DNA from: Eledone cirrhosa
Taxonomy: Eukaryota
Direction: 5' to 3'
DNA length: 64,000 nucleotides
NCBI GenBank assembly: GCA_964016885.1
Contig: OZ024741.1
Location: 39,246,001 to 39,310,000, forward strand
In this document: positions 12,600-26,278 of the stretch, one piece after another
How positions within the stretch are numbered: the first letter of the stretch is position 1
Layout of the letters: every line of letters starts with the position of its first letter
The notes under the pieces: model-generated
Seen by the model: only the letters and a program-made list of their open reading frames with translations
Database searches by the model: none
What the model was told of the DNA's origin: nothing
Program-made: the position numbers and the translations under genes

Positions 12600-13497
12600 T
12601 GAAAACATGGCGTGCTGCGTGGTTGCAAATGCGTTACATATGAATAAATTTAGTCCTTCATCAGTGATCTTCCAGCCTTCATTGGTATTTCATCGCTTTA
12701 AAGACCATATACCTCTGGTTGGTGCGAGAATCGGCTAAAGAAAGTCGTTGGGACACGTAAATAGAGGGAACGAGCGAGACAGTAAACAAACGAAGATGGG
12801 AATGCAACGAAAAGTGAGGAAGCAGGAATCAAGTCCCTGAAATCGATGAACATAAGTTCTGTGAAATCGTAGACGAGAGAGAATAAAGACCATCCGACCT
12901 GGTCGAAATGTGAGTGAGGAAAGAATTTCGCACAGGTCAATCGGGAGGAAGTAGGAGAGCGAGTAGCAGAGAGTGAGTGAGTGAAAGTGTGAGGAAGAGG
13001 CTAACAGAGATAGTGACTGGCAGAAGGGGTAAAAGGAAGTGAGAGATATAGAGAAAAGGGAAGCACTAAGAAAGAAACAGACGGGTCACAGCGGAGGAAA
13101 ATATATAAATATATGAAAAATATGAAAACATGGCGTGCTGCGTGGTTGCAAATGGGTTACATATGAATAAATTTAGTGCTTCATCGGTGATCTTCCAGCC
13201 TTCATTGGTATTTCATCGCTTTAAAGACCATATACCTCTGGTTGGTGCGAGCAACGGCTAAAGAAAGTCGTTGTGACACGTAAATAGGGGAACGAGCGAG
13301 ACAGTAAACAAACGAAGATGGTAATGCAACGAAAAGTGAGGAAGAAGGAGTCAAGTCCCTGAACATAAGTTCTGTGAAATCGTAGACGAGAGAGAATAAA
13401 GACCATCCAACCTGGTCGAAATGAGAGTGAGGAAAGAATTTCGCACAGGTCAAACGGGAGGAAGAAGGAGTCAAGTCCCTGAAATAGATGAACATAT
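12600..13497 (-). repeat. Tandemly duplicated non-coding repeat (~520-bp period), pLTR-like
   Basis: 12600-12955 is repeated at ~13122-13470. A diverged relative lies at ~29550-29775. Confidence 0.7.
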
Positions 13498-13500
13498 ATA

Positions 13501-13687
13501 TAACGAAGGAATTGTGATAAGGAACCAGATGGACCATAACGCACCAGAGTACTCAATACTTAGGGTAGTAGAGTGGGTAATAGGAAAAAGTATAACCCGA
13601 CGTCAGAGTTCAAGCCATTTCGATGGCTATTTCTGGACTAAATAGCCGAAACGGCTTGAGCACTGCCGTCGGGATCATACTTTTTCC

Positions 13688-13689
<2 letters not shown>
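13501..13689. mobile_element. Family-T fold-back element
   Basis: Tail plus the hairpin aggaaaaagtataaccc... / ...gggatcatactttttcct-(TA)n. Confidence 0.85.
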
Positions 13690-13725
<36 letters not shown>

Positions 13726-13732
13726 TACATAG

Positions 13733-13847
<115 letters not shown>

Positions 13848-14635
13848 CGCATGCGTTATTGTCTATGTCTCTAATCATGAGTACAAGTAACTTACAAGTG
13901 ATGTAATGCTTAAACTTTCTTCTATACACATATGTTTCTCGTTTGTTGTTTATATGTGTATATGTATTATTGTTGTGCAGTCGTTGTGTAGTTACATGTC
14001 TGTATCTCTGTCTGTGTGTGTCTATTAGTATGAACAAAATGGCAGTAGGTGGCAATGGGAAATAACATGGAATTAAAATACATAATAAAATTCACAGACA
14101 AACAAACAAACAACACATTAAGAAATATAAACACATTCATTAGATCAAAATAAGAAATAGTGAGAGAAACACGAACAATAAAAACAAAAAGCAAACACAA
14201 AATATATGGGTGAGAATAATTTGAAAAAATAACAAGAATAATATGATTTGTGTTTTTGTCTCTATGCTTTTCATGAAATATGTTGTTTTTTTATCTCCCT
14301 TTTTTGTATTGTCTGAATCTTTTTTGTTATATTTCCGTATCCGGTACTTCGCCAACAGATCGGTGTAGGCTGCAATGCTGGTGGAGCTGATGAAGTTGTC
14401 AACAGTAAAATAATGGGTGAGGAGGTGTCTGGTGTTGTGTGTAGCAGCAGAAAACTATAATTTGTGGCTGATCCCTTGAGGGTCTGGAGAGTGTTGGCGG
14501 AGGGATGCTGTGATTAAGGCGCGGACCACGGTGTGATCTTATGAATAAAAGCAATTAGATTTGTAATTAACACAATAAAAGGCAGACTTAGCAGTGTCAT
14601 CATGGCTGTTGATTGTACAAAACTTGTGTGGCTGT

Positions 14636-14687
<52 letters not shown>

Positions 14688-16079
14688 TTGTGTGGTTGTG
14701 TGTATGAGTGTGTGTGTATGGTTGTGTGGATGTGTGTATGAGTGTGTGTGTATGGTTGTGTGGATGTGTGTATGAGTGTGTATGTCTGTGTGGGTTTGTG
14801 TGTTTGCTTACATGTATATGTTTGTTTGTGTGTATGTTTGTGTGGCTGTGTGTATGCATTTGTGTATATGCGTGTATTTGTATGTTTGTCTGTATATGTG
14901 CTGGCGTGTCTGAGTGTGTTTGTGTATGTGTATCTAAGTAGATGTTTGTGTGTGTTTGTGTGTATGTCTATATATATATGTGTGTGTTTGTGTGTGTTTG
15001 TGTATGTGTATGTTTGTGTGTATATGTGTGTTTGTGTGTATGTGTGTATGTGTGTATTTGTATGTTTGTCTGTACATGTGCTTGTGTGTCTGTGTGTGTG
15101 TGATTGTGTGTGTGATTGTGTGTGTGTGTGTGTGTGTGTGGTGCGTGTTGGTGTGTCTTTGCGTATGTGTATCTAAGTAGAAGTGTGTATATGTTTATGC
15201 GTGTATGTTTGTGTGTGTGTATGTGTATGTGTTTGTGTGTGTGTACTTTCGGGTCTGTGTATGAGTGCGTATATGTATCTAAGTAGATATATGTATATGT
15301 TTGTGTATATATGTGTGTTTGTGTGTGTATGTGTGAGTGTGTGTGTGATTGTATGTGTGTGTGTGTGTGTGTGTGTGCTTGTGTATGTTTGTGTGTGCAT
15401 GTTTATGCGTGTGTGTGTGCAGGTGTTTGTGTATGTATGCTTGCGGGTTTGTGTGTGTTTATATGTATGTGTTCGTGTATGTGTACTTTAGGGTTTGTGT
15501 GTGCGTGCGTATGTGTATCTCAGTAGATATGTGTATGTGTGTTCACGTCTCTGATTGTATATATACTGTATATATATATATGTTTAAAATATTTGCTTGG
15601 TTGATTCCAAATAAGCATGGCTTGGATTCATGTGATCGTAACTTCAGCTAGAATCTTGGTGTCAAGAAAAAGTGGGGATCAGCTAATTCTGAATATGTGG
15701 CGGAGGCCGTGTTCAGTCGTTCGAGCGAAGTCAAGTTGAGCGAAGTAAAAATTATGTGCATTTTGAGCGATGCCGATTAAACGATGTCAGTTTGAGCGGA
15801 CCTCAAACTGTCTCTTTAAAGACAGTTTGAGCGAAGTTGATAAAAATAAAAATATACAGCTGTCATATTACGTAGTTTCTATATAATAAAGCCAGAAAAG
15901 GTATTATTATCTGCAGCGACTACGACCGCAGTACGTAAAAGGCCGTTATATGCTTTCCAGCTGTTTTAAGTAAATTACAGATATTTACATTCATACTATG
16001 TGAATGACTGACTTTGCTCAAATTCATCTTTGAATCCCGTATAAGCATATGTGTATAGGCACACACACATACAAACAGA

Positions 16080-16132
<53 letters not shown>

Positions 16133-16140
16133 CTTACTTA

Positions 16141-16186
<46 letters not shown>

Positions 16187-16188
<2 letters not shown>

Positions 16189-16312
16189 CCGTCGAAACGG
16201 CTTGAGCTCAGCCGTCGGGGTCCTACTCGTTCCTATTACCCACTCTACTACCCTAAGTATCGAGTACTTTGGTGCGTTATGGTTCATCTGGTTCCTTACC
16301 ACATTTCTTTCG

Positions 16313-16314
<2 letters not shown>
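16187..16314 (+). mobile_element. Family-T PLE 3' end (HHR stem III plus tail)
   Basis: agccgtcgaaacggcttgagctcagccgtcggggtcc...ttcgt, between (TA)n tracts. Confidence 0.85.
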
Positions 16315-16345
<31 letters not shown>

Positions 16346-16346
<1 letters not shown>

Positions 16347-16859
16347 TAGCAGTGGTACCCAGCGTTCCACGGGATAAGGTATTGTGAAATATATAACCGC
16401 CTTAGCTAAGCTTAGTATTGCCATAACCACGGCTGGCAAAGAAGTTAGGGTCTGGTGGTACGTAAGTAAGCAACACTGTGGCTTAAAACGTGAAGAAGTT
16501 GTGTGCACTTCCCAACTGTTTGGGGAATGAGTGTGAGATTTGTCATAAGCAAGGGTGGCAAAATAAACGGAGGCAGCAGACAGCCAGACATACAGACAGA
16601 TATTATAAGGGCGCGACGTTATATGTATGTATCTATCTAAAAAGAGAAAGACTAAGAATTATATAGAGAGATCGCTAAATCGCCTAATGCGGGCCTTAAG
16701 GCATTGAAAATTTGAAACCTTTTTTTTTGCTCAGAACACTCCCTGAAACATAAGTATTACATGTGTAAAGTTTGAAAACAGTCAGTTGGGTGCTTCTCTA
16801 GTTTTAGGGATTCAAACTCACACACACACAGACAGACGTCCTCAGTTTTATAAATATAG

Positions 16860-16860
<1 letters not shown>
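16346..16860 (-). mobile_element. Non-autonomous Helitron
   Basis: Minus strand starts A|TCTATATTTATAAAA and ends with a cccg...ggg hairpin followed by CTGCTAG|T. Confidence 0.7.
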
Positions 16861-16956
<96 letters not shown>

Positions 16957-17097
16957 ATATGAAAGAGTTGTGAGTCTGGAACTAAATGTTGAAACGGTAA
17001 GACCTCAACTGTCGGGGTCCCGACACTTTCATATAACCATACTCAACTACCCCAAGTATCTTATGTCATTTTAATATATATATATATGTATGTATAT

Positions 17098-17475
17098 ATT
17101 AAAATAACAGATTAAAGTTTAAGGAAAGAATCGCTGCTTTCACCCTGAACGGGATTTTCTGAAACTAAATAGAATATTAGTCTAATGACACCATTTATAC
17201 CATAAACGTCGTATTGTCTTTGCGTGTATTTGTTCTCAACGCTCCACCCACATAACGACGTATTATCTTCGCTTTTATTCCGTTCATTGTCAGGGAACGT
17301 CTTCACGAACCAAAGTATCGTCTTCCTGTTTTCCTTCGAAATATTTACTTCTGCGTACAAGATTGATTTTTTTTTAGTTTTAGAAGATCTCGTTAAGGGT
17401 TCTTATATATTTTATATATATTCATCCTTATCGAGCCCTCTTTGGATTTTAGTCTTCACATTTATTATTATTACT
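17098..17475. mobile_element. Deleted, diverged fold-back element of the 5102-6022 family
   Basis: Contains arm sequence in both orientations plus the tail (ccttatcgagccctctttggattttagtcttc). Confidence 0.75.
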
Positions 17476-17844
17476 ATATATATATATATAGATATAATAT
17501 ATATGTGTGTACATATTACTATATGCCTATCAACGTTTGTCATTAGCCTAATTCTAGTGATTAACCCATCTTTCTACAACTATTTTAGATCATATTTCGT
17601 CATAGGACACTTGTAGGAGATTTTGTCTCGATCTGTCTGAATATCAACTTATCTATGTGTTATCTTACTTCCCTGTCAGCAGCCTATTTCTCTTTCTCTA
17701 TCTATCTATGTCTATCTATGTATCAATTTATCTATGTACCTATCTATGTACCTATCTATATCACCCTCACTCTCTCCCTATAATTACACACACACATATA
17801 TATATATATATTTATTTATATGTTTAATATAATATATATATATA

Positions 17845-17923
17845 CAGGGTGTCTCCAAAAAATACATACACACTTTAATTAGATTGCTGTTGAAGAGTGC
17901 ATACATTTTTTTGCGAAAACCTG
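17845..17923. mobile_element. Tiny Tc1/mariner-type MITE
   Basis: TA|CAGGGTGTCTCCAAAAAAT ... ATTTTTTTGCGAAAACCTG|TA, imperfect TIRs. Confidence 0.55.
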
Positions 17924-18660
17924 TATATATTATAAATATGTATATGATTATAGCTGGATAGAGAGGGAGAAAGTAAGAGAGAGACATATGTATATTTATA
18001 TAGAGACAGATGCATACGTATTTATATGTACTAGTAGAAAAACCACCCTTCGGGTGGTTTTCTGCTAGCATGTGTAGGGAGTATATTGATATTATACGCA
18101 GGTATATATACATATAGATATGATACATCAAATAAAATCGTAATTGACAATATACATAGAAATTGAACGGAGACTGCGTTACACTGTCTTATGTAATCAG
18201 TAACGCTATCCATGATACATTAAAAAAGACGATATTATATATAAACTGCTTTAGGGAAAAATTAGTGACAGAAAATTAGTATGTTTATTTAAGCGATGGC
18301 CAAACGGAAGTGTTGACATTTCAGAAATTTTAAAGAAGTGAATCTTTAAATAAACAAAATATATTTAATCAACAGCCACGAAATTTAGTAGATAAATTAT
18401 CTAATATTCATTCATTATTTATTCAAAGTAATCCAACTTATTTTACTAATGGGATAAAAAATTATAAACCGTACGCAGTCTCGCGCTCCTTACTTTATTA
18501 TAGTTTAGATATGCCCTTGAAATTGATTATAAATGTAATGTATTTTTACTACCCTTTATTGAAGTGAAATAAATTATCTCAGTTTATTCTAAGTTTCGGT
18601 CAGTATCAGTTGCAAGCTGTATAACTTATACTAGCCAATGTTTTACAAGTAAATTAGTAT

Positions 18661-18749
<89 letters not shown>

Positions 18750-18761
18750 TATATATATATG

Positions 18762-18804
<43 letters not shown>

Positions 18805-18813
18805 ACCAGTAAG

Positions 18814-18907
18814 ACCCCGACAGCTGAGCTCAAGCCGTTTCGACGGCTAATTCTGGACTAAATGAAAATTTATCCTGGTATTTAAATAGCCGATCTTCTC
18901 AAGGGGT
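18814..18907 (-). ncRNA. Non-canonical type I hammerhead (U3:A8 core)
   Basis: acccc-TTGAGAA-gatcggctattt...aattagccgtc-GAAA-cggcttgagctcagct-GTC-ggggt. All three stems can pair, triplet GUC. Confidence 0.7.
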
Positions 18908-20019
18908 AATTCCATATATGGTCAAAGTGATTGTCAAAAATCAGTAGTAATTCTGTGGTTGCAAATTAGTAGGGGAGATGGTGGCTAAACCTGCCAGTAG
19001 GAGAAAGAGGGGAGGGGGTGGAGTAGACCCAATCAAGCGTTGGTAGTGCCAGCTACAGCTGGGCATGAGGTCAAAGAAGATACAGGGGAGGGGGAGGGGG
19101 AGGAAGTCGGAACGGTAGGTAGAACAATGGGGGGTAGAAATATATAGGAAAGAAAAGAAAAAATACTGAGAGTGAAGAAAAGCAAATAAGTGTAAAGAAA
19201 AAAGTAAAGTAAATTAAATACTACGACCTAGGTCTCAGGCTATTGTTAGGCTAGAATAAAATAAATAAAGAAAGAAAGAAGTAAATAAATAAATAAATAA
19301 ATAAATAACGAAATAAGTAAAAGAACTAGGTGGGACGAGATAGGCAAGGACCCTTTTAAGAGGTATAAGTACGTAAATGATACGGTGACGGGTCAACAAA
19401 AGGGGCCAAAATACTAAAGAGACTACCACGAAATAAACAATAAAGGTTTCCATCCCGGGCCAGCAACGACCCAGTGCAGCAAAGTGAACTTGTACGAGAT
19501 AATAATTCTGAGTCCCGAGAAAAATATATACTAATGCTAACTCTAAAAGATCTAAAACAAGCTACATGAAAGTTCGTACGAAATAAAGGTAGAATACGGA
19601 GAAATAAATTCAGAATCCACCCCGCCCAGAAGAAAAGCGAAGCAAGAAATACTGAAACGAAAAAATAAGGCATAAGTGCCACTAAGAAATATAGAGGGCA
19701 CAGAGAATAGTGGGAGCGGTCGGAAAAAGGGGGCAAGTATCCGGGGTCTAAGCCAACTGCTATAAAGGGCGGAGTCCGCCAAATCTATCATAGACTAGGG
19801 GAGGGGGTGGTGGGGGTACTAAGGCTACATGGGGCCAAAGGGCAGCCTCGGGTGGGCGAGAAAAGACGCCGACAAAGGAGAAGAGCTGGGGTAGAAGGAC
19901 TAAGGAGAGAGGGGGGAAGGAAATAAAGGAAGCGATAAAAGAATACAAAGAAGATCTTACGTCTTCCTTGGCAAGCAAGGGTTACCCATTGCAAAATCGG
20001 CAAGTGGGGTGTTATAGCC

Positions 20020-22105
20020 CTAGTCTACCCCCCCCCCCCCCCCCGGGTCATTATGGGGTTTGAGGGCGAGGTAAGTCCTACGCAATCTATGTTTACATGC
20101 AGTGACCAGTTCATCTTTCTTGTTTAGGAGTTGGTCCGTCGAAAACAGCATTTGTAAAGTTTCCTCCGAGCATAAATTGCACGGACGGCGTCCTCCCGTG
20201 TAAGAATTGGCTCTGGACAGTAATCTCCAAGTGAGATCATAGGTGATGTTGTTGTCCTTGAGGTCCCATATGTGGCCCGAAAGTGTAGTGGCGTGACGCC
20301 GGGCCGGGTTTCGGAAGGTATGTCTATGTTGGTATAGCCGGGTCTTGAAGTCACATGCGGTAAGTCCTATATAGGCTTTGTTGGAGGTATCCGTCCTCAC
20401 GTTGCACTGGTAGATCACATTACGGTCTCTGCATCTATTGTCGAGTGGGCAAATAGATCTATCCGGGCAGTTACACCTCCTGGTCGGTTCTCCACTGCTA
20501 TTTAGGTTATTTCTGCCATCGGGGTTGAGTTTTTTGTTGTTAGAGGAGACGATGTTTTGTGCGAAGTTTGGTGTAGTACTGTAAGAGAGATTGATGGTAT
20601 TTTTGTTAATTATGTTGTGGTAGCGGTGTTGTAATGGGAAGTGTTTTTCAATGAGCCTAAAGAATAGTTTCCCGATGGGAGTTGTCACCTCTGCGTTGTG
20701 GGGAGGATTGAACCATGTTACATTGCGTGAGCGGCGATGTCTCCTGCTGGTTCCGCTAATGGGAGCTGGACAGTAGGATATTTCCTCCCGGAAACCACTC
20801 CGCTTGAGGGCCTGGTTGTAATAAGGCGCATGTTCATCGAATATCCGCTCATTAGCTGACAAACGGGATATGCGGAGGGAGATGTTTTTGACCAGGTTGT
20901 TTGTGATGTTCCTAGGATGGTTTGATCGGCGGTGGATGTAGTGCAGATTGTCATTAGGTTTCCTGTATGGGTAGTACAGGTCGTTTTCGAGGTCGAGGGT
21001 CACGTCCAGGAAGTTTACTCGGGTCAGGTACGTTTGTAGGGTTATTTTAAATCCCCAGTCGCGGAAGAATCTGATTAATTGTTTCCGGACCCGATCTGTA
21101 CTACTGGGGTTGTACCCTTTAAGGGTAAGGAGCCCATCATCACGGTACAATCCACCACCGAATGCAGGAAACATATCAGTGAGTTTGGCTATTAGGAATA
21201 ATCCTATAAGATCTGTGACCTCCGCCGAATCCGTGGCGCCCATGCTGACGTCGAAGGGTGAGTCGGGAGCTCTTTTTATCCATTTAGAGTCGTCAAAGAG
21301 TAAGACTGTCTTCCTGGCGTGGAGGATGATTTTTCTTTCCTGGTCGGTGATGGGCACAAGTGTTTCGGCGAAGTCCAAGGCGGCAGTAAGTAGCGGTAAG
21401 GTGATTGAAGCATAGTAGCTCTATGTCGAACTGTATGAATTTAGTTTCTCGTTTATCCTCCATATTGCTGAACCAGGAGATTACTTCCTGGGTGTTGATC
21501 CATAGGCTAAGTCGGGTGTGTTGCTTGACTTTTGGTATCACGCGGTCTAGGATTTTTTTGCTGATTCTCTCTATGTCGGACTTCGTTGGGTTAATAAGCC
21601 TGATAGAGGGTTTACGGTCAAAATCGGATTTATGGTCCTTCAGTGTGAAGTATGGTGTCCGTGGGTCTAGAGGTTCCGTGCGGTCGGCGACCCCGAGGCT
21701 GGAGGTGATTTGTTGTCCATCTCGATTTATGTCCTCGATGCAAGAGTCGTTGGCCTTTTTATAGGTGGAGTTTAGGCTGCTCCTGATCAGTGTGTGGTAT
21801 CTGTCAGGGTTGACAAAGTATAGGTTCCCAGTTTTATCCGAATGCACCATGATGTCATTTGTGTTATCATACTCTGTTAAGTTGCTACGGAGTTTTTGTA
21901 GGAATCGGTTGTGTCTGGGTTTAAATTTAATGTTCTTGACCAGTTGGAAGAGGTCATTCTCGAAGGGTGCGAGCAAGGGGTTCAGGGGCGGAGATTTGTA
22001 GGTAATAAATACGAATCTCTCCTTGGTGCCGAAGTCTTGGTTGTCGCAATATCTGTCATAGAAAAAAGTTCTCCATCTAAGTCTTTTCGCAAATAGATCG
22101 ATTTT
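20020..22105 (-). pseudogene. PLE RT plus GIY-YIG ORF with a single frameshift near 21418
   Basis: RLRWRTFF, SDKTGN, FDIE (frameshift), FDVSMGA, LYRDDGL, FLDV, CNC..C..C, VIYQC...YIGLT, and C-terminal CNLC...LLN...CKH. Confidence 0.9.
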
Positions 22106-22216
22106 TTGAGCTCAGCTGTCGGGGTCTTACTGGTTCCTATTACCCACTCTACTACCTCAAGTATTGAGTACTTTGGTGCGTTATGGTCCACCTGGTTCCT
22201 TACCACATTTCCTTCG

Positions 22217-22663
<447 letters not shown>

Positions 22664-23947
22664 TATATCCACGGTAAGTTGTGGGGTCTAGTCTGCATGA
22701 AGAACTCAATGTAATCCATATGTTGAATATATATGTATATATATATATAACCAAATGAAAAAGATATATGTATATATGGAGAGAGAAAGGACCTTATATC
22801 ATATCCACCCCTGATCCTCGATCAGATATCTCTCTAGGAGAGAGAAGCTCTGGTGTAAAAATGGCGGCTCAATAGTAACCGATATGTTGATTTGTTTTTC
22901 GTTTCAGATTGTAGCTACTGTTGCTCAGTGAGTGGATTCTATAGCCATACACGATTACAGGTTGGCTTCTATCATGCATAAATATGTATATATGTGGAGG
23001 GGAGGGATTAGAAGAAGGAGAGAGAGGAATAAGAACATTCTATAGAGAAATAGAAGTACATAAGTGTTAAACAGAAAGATTAATGAACTAAAATAACAAG
23101 CGAATAAATAAGGATATTTATTGACAATAACATGTATACGTATCGAACAAAAAGAAAGAAAGAATTGGTAAACGAATGGCGACTAAATGGTGAAAGATGA
23201 GGTGTTATGGAGGAAACAGTTGACACATGAAGGGAATACAGAAGAGAAAAGAGTAAGGCTGGTGATTAGTTAACGGAAGACCTCATCATTGGGTACTTAG
23301 TTAGCAATGTCAATTCGGGTTGAATTAATCTTGTTTCTTGACTTCCGTCCGACAAGTTTTAGCCCGATAACCACACCCATCGTTGCCACGACCGTCTCTT
23401 ATTACTTGTCTAGTTACTGTTGTTGTTACTGTTGTCGTTGTTGCTGTTGTTACTGCTCTAGCTGTTTGTCTTTCGATAATCGCCCAGCATACACATAAAC
23501 AAAATCATCCAATGGCAAGGCAAGCTGCTGCAAAGTTTTGTTTTTATCGTAACACCTGCTTTAGTTTCCCATTCCCGTTATCTACCCACGTAATACACTT
23601 ACATGTCTGCTATCCCCACCTCCACAAACATGAATCAACCGCGAAGGGGTCACTTTAACTGATCAAAACCTCGGCCAAATATTTTGCAAACCACTACCTA
23701 ACCTCGCAATTTCGCTTCTTGTGCCGCAAGCAAAGGAACCAATTCAATATCTAAAAATGTTTCGAAAGTTACGATCGACTCAGACTAAAAGAGTTCTCTC
23801 TCTCCCTTCTCGGAATCTGAACCACCACATTGCGAGGACATTCTCAATTGATTAAAGTATTTTCACACTTGTCTGATTTTGAATAAGGGTCTCTATTTTT
23901 ACGTATGTATGTATATATGTATGTATGTATGTATGTATGTTATGTCA

Positions 23948-24120
23948 GGTCACCAGTTGGTGCTACTGGTAACATGTATCCCAGTACAACCCGTCTCATG
24001 GTCGGGTCGTTGGCGACTAAACTGGCAACCCCACCAAGGAGGGTGACTTTGGACATCCTGCAGGACTAAAAACAAAACCTGTCAAAGGGCAAAGGAGCTC
24101 TTAAGAGTCAATAGCCATCC
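23948..24120 (+). repeat. Interspersed repeat (SINE or LINE-UTR-like); inverted diverged copy at ~42240-42420
   Basis: gtgctactggtaacatgta.cccagtacaacc...gtcgggtcgt.gg.gactaaac...gacatcctgcagg...aaaacaaaacctg is shared between the two copies. Confidence 0.6.
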
Positions 24121-24129
24121 AAAATCACC

Positions 24130-25015
24130 GGGAGAGATGACCACTTAGCCTTTGTCAAGGCAGAATTCTAGGAGAAGGAAAACTCTGATATAACACCTGC
24201 AACCCTGATGGTATCCAATGATGTTGACTTGTTATTCTTTTTGGTAAATATCATCTTGGTTAAGAGAGTGGGACTGGCTTTGTGCAGTGCCTTTGCTCAC
24301 TATAAAAGCTTCACGGCACAGGCATTGCTTTATATCTGGAGATCTCTCTGCACTTGTCGTTACATGGTACCATGGGCCCAGCACTATGTGTCAATAATTG
24401 TCACAAGTGTAGTGTTTGTACCAGAGTTTTCAAGTCGCTGGCTGGACTAAAAAGTCATACTTGTTTAGCACATCGGTAGGGGTTCTCCTACATGGATATA
24501 AAGTAGTGGCCGTACTCGAAAACGAGTTGGCAGCCACCATGTATGTATGTATGTATGTATGTATGTATGTATGTATGTATGTATGTATGTATGTATGTAT
24601 ATCCGGAAGAGATGACCCCTTAGCCTTTATCAAGGCAGAATTCTAGGAGAAGGAAAACTCTGATATAACACCTGCAACCCTGATGGTATCCAATGATGTT
24701 GACTTGTTCTTCTTTTTGGTAAATATCATCTTTGTTAATAGAGTCGGACTGGCTTTGTGCAGTGCCTTTGCTCACTATAAAAGCTTCACGGCACAGGCAT
24801 TGCTTTATATCTGGATATCTCTCTGCACTTGTCGTCACATGGTACCATGGGCCCAGCACTATGTGTCAATAATTGTCACAAGTGTAGTGTTTGTACCAGA
24901 GTTTTCAAGTCGCTGGCTGGACTAAAAAGTCACACTCGTTCAGCGCATCGGTAGGGGTTCGACTACATGGATATAAAGTAGTGGCCGTACTCGAAAACGA
25001 GTTGGCAGCCACCAT
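24130..25015. repeat. Tandem duplication of a ~410-bp unit separated by (ATGT)n
   Basis: 24130-24540 and 24605-25015 are nearly identical, and each is followed by an ATGT run. Confidence 0.9.
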
Positions 25016-25905
25016 GTATGTATGTATGCATCTCTCTCTCTGTATATAATATATATATATATATATATATGTGTACACACACGCATACTCACACACGCAC
25101 ACACACACACACACATACACACACACATACACACACACATGTATATAACGAGTAAGGGGGAAATGCCCGAGGAAAGCACTCTGTTAAAGTGTCGAATCTC
25201 GTTGTCAGAATATGGCGAGTGGGGAAAAAATTGCAGCCAAGACTATCTTCACTATTTCAAAACCGAAATTCCGTTTAGGATTGTTTAGATCATGTAAAGG
25301 AAGTAAGGGAGATAACGTTGATTTTCTTACCTGATCCAAGCTTTCTGGAAGAATGTAAGACAATGCAGTAGAAGTAGACCACGATGAAAGTAACTGACAT
25401 CTTTAGATTTTATATGTTTCCTCAGGGAAGCATATTCACTTTGTAAGTTGGCATGACTGAGAATGATCAGATACAGATATAGGAAAGGAGAAAGGAATAA
25501 TGCGCTGATTCTTTAAGTCGATAAGTGTTTAACGACTGGTATAAATATATGATTATTCCTTCTATGTTTGTATATATTTCTGTTTGTGATTTTCTCATCT
25601 TTCTACGACTTTGATTATCTCTCTGTTATGGTATTCACCCTGGTAATGTTATATCTTCGTTTTCTCTATTTCGCAAGTAGTGTTGGATGTAACATTGTTC
25701 CATGCAGCGATTAACAGTCTTGCTCAAAAGTATGCGAAACTGCATCTGATGTCGGACAGCTGAAAACCGGTGTTCCATGGTCCTTTTCTTATCAGTCTTA
25801 TTGCTCATTTATTGTCTCATTGCCAATATTCATTCTTTTTTTTAATGGTGTTGAGCTGTTTTTGCATTGGTTTTAATTTATTTTCACTGCCCGTTGACTA
25901 TTTTG

Positions 25906-26023
<118 letters not shown>

Positions 26024-26235
26024 TTCATTTCTGAATTTGTTTAGCAAGATTCTTTATCTGAAAACGTGTGTTGAAACCGATATTGTTATACTTTGGGAGG
26101 GTCATGCTGCCAATAAGAAACACACGCACCAGTTCTTTTCACTCCAATTTATTATAAATTAAATTTATAAATTTAAGAATTTATAAATTTCCGGTTGGTT
26201 GGTTGGTTCCACAACCGGACAGTTGTTCATATATT

Positions 26236-26278
26236 GTCAAAGTTCTTTCGTCACACATTATGTGACCTCTTCAGTGAC
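26236..26278 (-). ncRNA. Type I hammerhead in PLE 3' UTR
   Basis: gtca-CTGAAGA-g-gtcaca-taatg-tgtgac-GAAA-G-aa-CTT-tgac. Confidence 0.8.

Larger units (their letters stand above)
18802..22218 (-). mobile_element. Penelope-like element (probably Hydra-like clade) with a 5' inverted tail and a 3' HHR
   Basis: RT-GIY-YIG coding region ~22105-20020, ~1.2-kb 3' UTR, HHR at 18814-18907, and an inverted copy of the 3' end plus tail at 22107-22218. Both ends lie in (TA)n. Confidence 0.93.

Noticed and set aside
22890-22935. Putative micro-exon (tttcag...gtgagt)
   Set aside because: Splice-like signals alone, with no coding or homology support.
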